From: Phoronis australis
Taxonomy: Eukaryota; Animalia; Phoronida
Reading direction: 5' to 3'
Length of the DNA stretch: 43,488 nt
NCBI GenBank assembly: GCA_002633005.1
Contig: NMRA01000928.1
Location: 1 to 43,488 of the forward strand
Shown here one piece after another: positions 36,614-43,488 of this stretch (within the stretch, counting starts at the first letter, position 1; each line of letters opens with the position of its first letter). The notes under the pieces were generated by a model, which was not told the DNA's origin, searched no databases, and worked only from the letters and a program-made list of their open reading frames with translations. The translations under genes and the position numbers were made by a program.

Positions 36614-37393
36614 TGTGGTATATCAATGCGTGTTGTGGCCGATAAATGGCGCGCACGTGGTAATAAGTAAAACAACACACGAATACTTTAACAATAGAAT
36701 ACGTCTATTAATTTACAGCGTTGTGATTTACAAATTAAAGATTACATTAAGTTGTGAGACTGACGACTAACTGATTGAGACAGCATATCCTTACAAGAAA
36801 AACTACTAATCAACAGTGCCACCGGTTCCCGTAGCTACCGCACACGTTAACACAAAACAAGTTCCAACAGAACTAACCCTCCAGAACAATCACTAGCCGG
36901 TTCAAATTGACTTAACAGGCTGAGACCAACGCCCGTGATTAATGTCTATACCTCAGTTGTTCTTTTCCCCTTGACTCTTTGGTCGCAGAAGTTGTTCGTC
37001 TTCCAGCTCTGGAGTCGTGCCCCGTAGTCTCAAGTTTTGAACTAAGGTGGATCCAGTCTGCCCTGGTCTCGAGAGCCAGTGCTTTAAATACTAAACTAAG
37101 TGGCATCACGGATGGACCCTCTCTGTATGTACATTTATGTCCATCTCTCTATGACGAGCTGAATATAACGAACTAACTGACCACGCGATGGACCCATTCT
37201 GCATGTACATATATGTCCATCTCGTTATAACTAAAAATTCTTGCATAGCTGCCACTATTCCTGTATTATTGCATAACTGCCACTATTCCTGTGTTTTCAA
37301 CATCAGAGTACTATTCCTGGATTTAACTACCTCAGAGATAGCATATCCCCTGAAATTTATTGCACATGGAGGGCATAGCTTCATTATATTACA
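36614..37393 (-). mobile_element. Solo LTR (Gypsy-like, 780 bp)
   Basis: GGAA|TGTGGTATAT...ATATTACA|GGAA, i.e. TG...CA termini with a short inverted repeat and a 4-bp TSD. A TATA-like TATTTAAA lies on the minus strand at about 37083-37090, with short internal tandem duplications (37106-37290) on the U3 side. Confidence 0.6.
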
Positions 37394-37984
37394 GGAATTC
37401 GAGCAACTGCTCCAGTCAAGTTCAGGATTTACGAATGTCACTTATTTAGGACAAAATGCAAGAAAAGACGTGTAGCTTAGGGATTTCATGCCACTAGTGC
37501 TGATATGTACCACTGTTTAGAGATATGTATTCATTTGCATTTACACATACACTGATATTGCGCGGTTTGCTGGAGTCTGTTGGGTCAAGGAGTGTTGTAG
37601 TTCATTGTATGCCGAGATTGTACCTGAGATTGAACGCTGTAAATATTAAAGTGTGCAAAGAATGTGCGTTTATGTAGATATTTCCAAGCGTAAATACTTT
37701 TGGTGTTCTCTCTTATTCTGTGAGATGGACACGAAAACAGAAGTCTTGTTGTTTGAAAATGCAGTGGATGGGCCAATTAAATCTTGAATGGAGTATTGGC
37801 AAATACCACGAGTACATGACCTGCCTGCATGGTGACTACGGTAATCCCACATTAAAATAGAAACAATGGATCTTATTGATGCGTAGTTGACAAAGGAACT
37901 GTGTGCCAATTCTATGTTAATAAACAAAGAGGAATTAACTTAGGTTTTTTATAAAATTTCCAGGACGAATGAGACTACATTGTA

Positions 37985-39254
37985 CGATGGCCCAAAGATG
38001 AGATCACGCTTTTAGTTCAATTTTAACCATCTCGGGATCTCGAGATGGCGACTTAATTATCTCAGGATCTCGAGAAACCGAGATAATTTTCCTCAGCATG
38101 TCACTATTCGCTAGCAGTCTTCTGGCGCGTCGCACTGCCATACTACATGAATTTGGATCGACAGCAGAAGGAATGGTGTGCTCATTTTCTCGTTTCACCA
38201 CTAAGCCTATAGTGACACATTTTTGATGCACGAATCTTTAATTATGTTGCTCCTGGCATCAATAAGTGTCGGTCTATGAAACCAATGATATTATCAATTT
38301 GTATGAATAATTGTTACTACGCGCAAGCCCTAGTCTCGATAAAAAACGGAAGATACCTAACGCTAATAATGATACCTGGGCATGTCTACCGTTTCTTTTT
38401 ATTTTGTAACAGGAAGAGGCCTAGTTCTATTTTTGTTTTTCAACAAGCAAAACTGGGGGAAATGCAGTTTTTAGCGGAAAGGTAATCTTTAAACTGATCC
38501 CATTAACATCAGATGTGTAAATCTGTTGTGACGTGATAAATCTAAGTTGTGTCCTTTCCTCGGATCATGCTATCTGGACTGTTGACAGATGGAAGTTCTA
38601 CACATTACCGTTTTCATTAATGTTTTGCTACTATGATGCGTCTAGTCCTGATAGCTCTACTGTACACTGCGTGGGTCAGGATTGTAGATGACTTTAATTA
38701 TTATGGTGCATCAAAACAAGTTGAACTTGTAAAAATCTTGTTGTTTTCATTATTATATTCTTGTACAAAATGCCTGCAGTATTTTAAGCAGTTGTACTTT
38801 ATACAAAGTTACCAGCTGTCAACAATCACCTAAATGTACGTAGCAACATTTAAACTTTTCCCGTCAACTTTTGAGGACCCCTCGTGGGTTTTTAAGTTAT
38901 TATCCTTGTCCAACTGAGGCCTACCGGCCCAAACCTCTTGAGCTTTTGTTTTTGTTGTGCCGTTTTTGTTTTATTTTCTTCACCAACTTGCCCCCTTAAC
39001 TTCTACGGGCCATGGGGTTGTCGGCCCTTCTGTCCACCTGTTATCGCCCCTGACCATGCAGTGCCGCAACGCTTTTTCATCCAAACCACAGCGAGTATTC
39101 GTTGTGGAAACTACGACTTATTACTTGAGACAGGTGGGCATTTGAAAACAGACCGAGATGTTGATAGAATCAAGATCCCAAAGTAATGAAGTCAGGATCG
39201 CGAGATCCTGAGATAATTAAAAAAGAAACGCGAGATGTCATCTTTGGGCCACCG
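37985..39254. mobile_element. Non-autonomous TIR element with TA target duplication
   Basis: TA|CGATGGCCCAAAGATGAGATCACGC ... GCGAGATGTCATCTTTGGGCCACCG|TA, with subterminal atctc(a/g)ggatctcg repeats at both ends. Confidence 0.82.
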
Positions 39255-39739
39255 TAGACTTATGGATCTTAATGTGTCCCATGAATCGTGAGTCGATTAG
39301 CTGCTCACGATTTTCGTTGCCTCGATTATCAAGGTGACGCTGGATACACTCCTTCGCCGTTAGGGTCACACAGGTTTGTGCGTGAACACGATATTTCGGA
39401 TCAATGATCTACATATCTAGCTCATTGATCGGTTATTCTTTTATCGGTGCAGCCAGTTGGTAAAATAGCATATCATGACAGTGCGTGGCACGAGGTCCAC
39501 CATATTGATGATGAACGCTATGTAAACAAAAGCACGGTAGCCTTATGGAAGCCGGTGAGTTTTCAGAATAAAATTTGAAATTTTGAATACTAACGAGGTT
39601 CTAAGCAATGTAAACCTGTGACCCACGCATTGCTTAAACGGTCATATAAGCCATTGCAAAGACAAAACTCCTGAAATTCTCACGGAGTGCTGCTAGGGCC
39701 TGGGAGATTTTGCCGGCTCAGTCGAAAAGACAATCGCCG

Positions 39740-40753
39740 ATGCCTTTGGAGTGCTCGTGAGTGCAAATGATTTGAGAAGCCAGCAATGAATAAATCAATG
39801 CGTTACCGTGCAAGTAAATCTAATTGACGTCGGGACACCTATAGGCAGTGTGAGCTCATGCTAATTTAGTGTATGCTGGCAGAAACTGTTGTGAAACAAC
39901 TCGATTTCCATCCCACGGCCAGGTGTTAGGGGAATCTTTATTTACATTTACATTACTCAAATAATGATTGTCAATTTGCAACGTCTGCCCTGACGGCCGG
40001 GTGCTGTGGCCAAAGCGGAACCTGAATTCGCGGCCCCCGACAAGTAAGTAGATTTGCAGTTTCGTGGCTAATTCACCAACATAATCACGTGCACATTACT
40101 TTGGCTCACTAGTATAGTATTTTCTTGATTGGAAGTTTAGTTTCCAATGATTTTTGGCTGGTTTATGTTCGTGATGTCTGATCAGTTTCCGAGCCACTGG
40201 CGCGGGGCGGGGATAACGAGTCAATCCGGCCGGCCGCAACGGTCCTGATCGGGCTCCGAGCCACTGGGCAGGATAACAAGCGTTTTGTGTTTAGAACTCA
40301 AAAAATCACAAGTCTAAACAACACAGATCTAGGTTCTCCTCTCTGTATCTCACGGAAAGCACTTCGACATTATCTCCAAACAGACCCCAAACTCCTGTTA
40401 CGGACCTTATTGGCCTGCCGAACTTTGTAGGCTACGGTGTGTCCAAATACCAATAAATCCGTAAGAGCGAAATAAAACAACACGTTTTTATAAGAACTCG
40501 GTGTACTTTTAAGGATTTTACATCGAAGTTTGATGATTTATTGGTGTTAAACGGTAACTTCAAGCGATAAGCTGACACCAGTAACCCGTGTTGTGGACTG
40601 CTGAACAGACTGCGTGTGAAACCGATGACGTCATTGGATAATTTCAACACCTCCGTCTGCCGTCAGGTAATGCAACCGTACGTGCAGTTATGGAGTAGAA
40701 CAACTCGATCTAAATTAATACAAATTAGGTTGTTTTTTGGGTAGCATGCTCCT
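39740..40753. mobile_element. Kolobok terminal fragment homologous to 6620-7570
   Basis: Colinear blocks (gcctttggagtg.tcgtgagtgcaaatg..ttgagaagccagcaatgaataaatc; tgttaggggaatc; ccgagcca.tgg; accccaaactcctgt) ending ctcct|TTAA (40754-40757). Confidence 0.8.
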
Positions 40754-41530
40754 TTAATGTTGTAGTCACTTTTTGTGTGTCAACATAGATCTTGGTCACT
40801 AAACCCTTAAAGACATACAGTTGTATCGGACTAAGAAGGAAAGTCAAGTAATAGACCATGAAACATCCACTTTAGTGGGTGGTCTAGGGATTAACACCCA
40901 CAAAATCATTTTATTTCAGTTTCAATTTTTAAACCTCGAAAGACAAAAAATTATATATCATTGACTCTGGGTCTAATCTTTTTACTAAAAATCAAACTTT
41001 ATTTTTTATTTTTTCTGCTGTAACTAAAGACTCCTTAATTCTGTGCACAAGCATGCAATGATTTTCTTGGGTGATTTTCAAAAAATCCTAGTTTGCACTT
41101 GACGATACAAACAAAAGCTATGAGTTTTTACTTGCAATCTCGCGTTGTTACCAATATTGGTTCCTGGATACTACACAGTACATACACATCTCCACTAACA
41201 TGGTTCATTAGCAAGATGGCGGACTACTCCGCTCAACCAAAACCACGCGACTTGAACTCTAGTTATATTTATCTCATTGGCGTCGATTAAATCCGATGTA
41301 TCGCTGCATACGTGGCGCTGGTTGAACTCCTTCGCGGTAGGGTCGCACGTGTTCCTGCATCAACTCACGACATATCGGATGCATTATTTAAACAGTGACA
41401 CCTGTAGATAAGATCGCTTAATACAATTAGGCTTCTATTTTGATTTACGATATATCGATACATTTTATATTTCTCAGACTTGCGGTCGGTATACCGCCTG
41501 TCATTGTGATGGCTGAAATAAGGAACACTT

Positions 41531-41792
41531 CATGCGCTCACCCGGGGGGGGGGGCTCGGGGGCTCGAATGAGCCCCCACATTTGGCGAAGTGGGCAAAAA
41601 GGTCCGCCCTTGAGAGACAAAATGTCCGAGGAAATGGGACAAAAGTCCAGAAAATAAGCGCAAACGTGCAGTCCAAAGTTGTGCTCCCGTTTTTTTTTTA
41701 TTTTTTTCTTAGTCCGCCCGCTCGTTTTTTAGCAAAAGGTCCATAACGTCAAGAAGTCGAGCCCTCCATTTTGAAGGCTGGGTGCGCGCATC
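41531..41792 (+). mobile_element. hAT-like MITE, copy 3, with a 5-bp TSD
   Basis: CACTT|catgcgctcaccc...gggtgcgcgcatc|CACTT. Confidence 0.75.
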
Positions 41793-41806
41793 CACTTAGT
41801 ATGTTG

Positions 41807-42435
41807 GAGCCATGCAGAATGGTGAATGTTGGCCAATTCCCCTTTTGTCCACTGACGTCACAAGCATACTGGCGCCCCCAGTGAAGGCCCTGAGAACTCG
41901 TAACTAAACCGAGTTCATGAACCCGGTAGTATCCAGCCTAGCAACGGCCGAGCCAAGCTGGCGAACAGACTTGTATTTATTGTGGGACGTTGAGTATCGT
42001 TTTTTTTTCTAAAAACATAATGCATAGTATATAATAATGAATGGTATATAGTATCAATTAATTATGATTGAAAGATTCCTTTTTAGTCGAGCGTAAACGA
42101 GGCAATTTCGCGTGGGGATAAAACTTTGGCTTTGCCGTGTGTAACACAGAAGAACATTTGCATGGTGTTGCAGGATCGCGAGAATGAATATTCCAATTTT
42201 CTTAATTTATTGGAACAATATTAATTTTCTGAGAGTTTTGACATGCAACATTATTTAAAAAACACACTAAAACATAGCGACTCTGGAAAAATCATAAAAA
42301 AATACTTTAACCACAGTCGCCAGCATGCTTGTTTACGAGTTCTCAGGGCCTCCACCGGGGGCGCCAGTATGCTTGTGACGTCAGTGGACAAAAGGGGAAT
42401 TGGCCAACATTCACCATTCTCCAGGGCCATGGGCT
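41807..42435. mobile_element. MITE with ~90-bp near-perfect TIRs (possibly PIF/Harbinger-like)
   Basis: agaatggtgaatgttggccaattccccttttgtccactgacgtcacaagcatactggcgccccc...gagaactcgtaa (41816-41903) has its reverse complement at 42333-42420. A possible 3-bp TTG duplication flanks it. Confidence 0.82.
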
Positions 42436-42718
42436 TTGAACACACGAGATAGTCGGATATGATGCGTAATACAAATAAAGATAACGTTGAATGCATAGTG
42501 TCAATCCGACAAGGCCGGCTTCACTGAAACAAATATATACACAAAACGTACCGAGAGTGGCGTACATGTAGTAATATCCCACGAGAGATTATTACGCGTA
42601 TCACCCGAGGTAGTGTGAGAAAAACTTGTATAAACTTACAATGATATTGGCTCTAGGCTCCACGAAGAAAAAGTATCGTTAGCGTTAGAGTAGCGGTACA
42701 TGATAAGAAGGCCGGATA

Positions 42719-42895
42719 CAGGGGCGGATCTACGTTTTCAGTAAGGGGGGGGTTTAGGATTCCCGCAAAGGTCGAATCCGAGGCACGTGGCGCCGAGAGG
42801 GGGGAGGTCGGGAGTGGGGTTTCCCCCCTCCGTGTAAGACCATTTTTTTGTTTTTGTAGCCAAGTAGTGAAATTTCCATGCATCCTGGTAAGTTT
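42719..42895 (+). mobile_element. Left-end fragment of a hAT-like MITE
   Basis: caggggcggatcta terminus resembling that at 34312, followed by G/C-run motifs. No matching right end was found. Confidence 0.5.
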
Positions 42896-43488
42896 CTGGC
42901 ACTAATAACATGTCTCTTGAGTTTTTCTTAAGATAATTTAAAACCCTTCTCGATTTCGTTGCATGAACGTGGCTCACAAGTTTCGTGAAATCATATTTGT
43001 GCACATCTGGGTATGAATTACGCCACCAGCAAAAATTTTTGTTGGAACATCTGCTTATACACACCTTTTTAGCATACGAAAAGTCGTATATGAAAAAGTG
43101 TGGTGTGTGTGGGGGTTAGACAACTACCAAATATTCAAGAGCATAAGGAGCACCCGACGGGGAGTAAAACATTGAATAACAAATGATCGCGTAACAGCAG
43201 CCTCAAGTTGTTTAAGAACGAAGACCTGTACTGTTAGTCTGGAAATAAACATGTGTTCTGTCTAATTATGAGAAAAACTGGCAAACGATGGTGCTCTCAG
43301 CTCATAGTATATTATTAAAAGCGACAATAAACAATTAGGTATCACTTCATTAAGCTGAATCACGTTGACCACAATTGAAAAACGTCAAATGTATCTGGAA
43401 ACGAATCAGCTGAAAACAGTTTCAAGAAACCAAAACATTCTGTACATCGTGGTGAAAATATAAACAGGACCAGTTCGCAGAGGGACCA

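Noticed and set aside
37585-37927. Short minus-strand ORFs
   Set aside because: No domain similarity or splice support recognised.

Overview
Eukaryotic, most likely marine-invertebrate, AT-rich genomic DNA that is almost entirely nested transposable elements around one host gene. The host gene is represented by the last two coding exons (3443-3756, 10191-10523) of a FAM111-like trypsin-2 serine protease. The elements are: a 5'-truncated L2/Crack-type LINE; a HINE/DINE-like element; several Kolobok-type DNA transposons (TTAA target sites) carrying convergent THAP and KolX (P2RX7-ballast-like) pseudogenes; a Sola3-type transposon that hosts a near-intact HERO-like RT-RLE non-LTR retrotransposon; a solo LTR; and several MITEs. 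There is also an 869-N gap, and tandem duplications bounded by single Ns that are probably haplotype-assembly artefacts. The most striking observation is in the 3' UTR of the HERO-like element (15841-15910, minus strand). It holds a complete hammerhead-ribozyme catalytic core with all three stems, but the three strands occur in an order that is not a type I/II/III circular permutation, implying a natural pseudoknotted hammerhead. All family assignments come from motif recognition by eye, without database searches.
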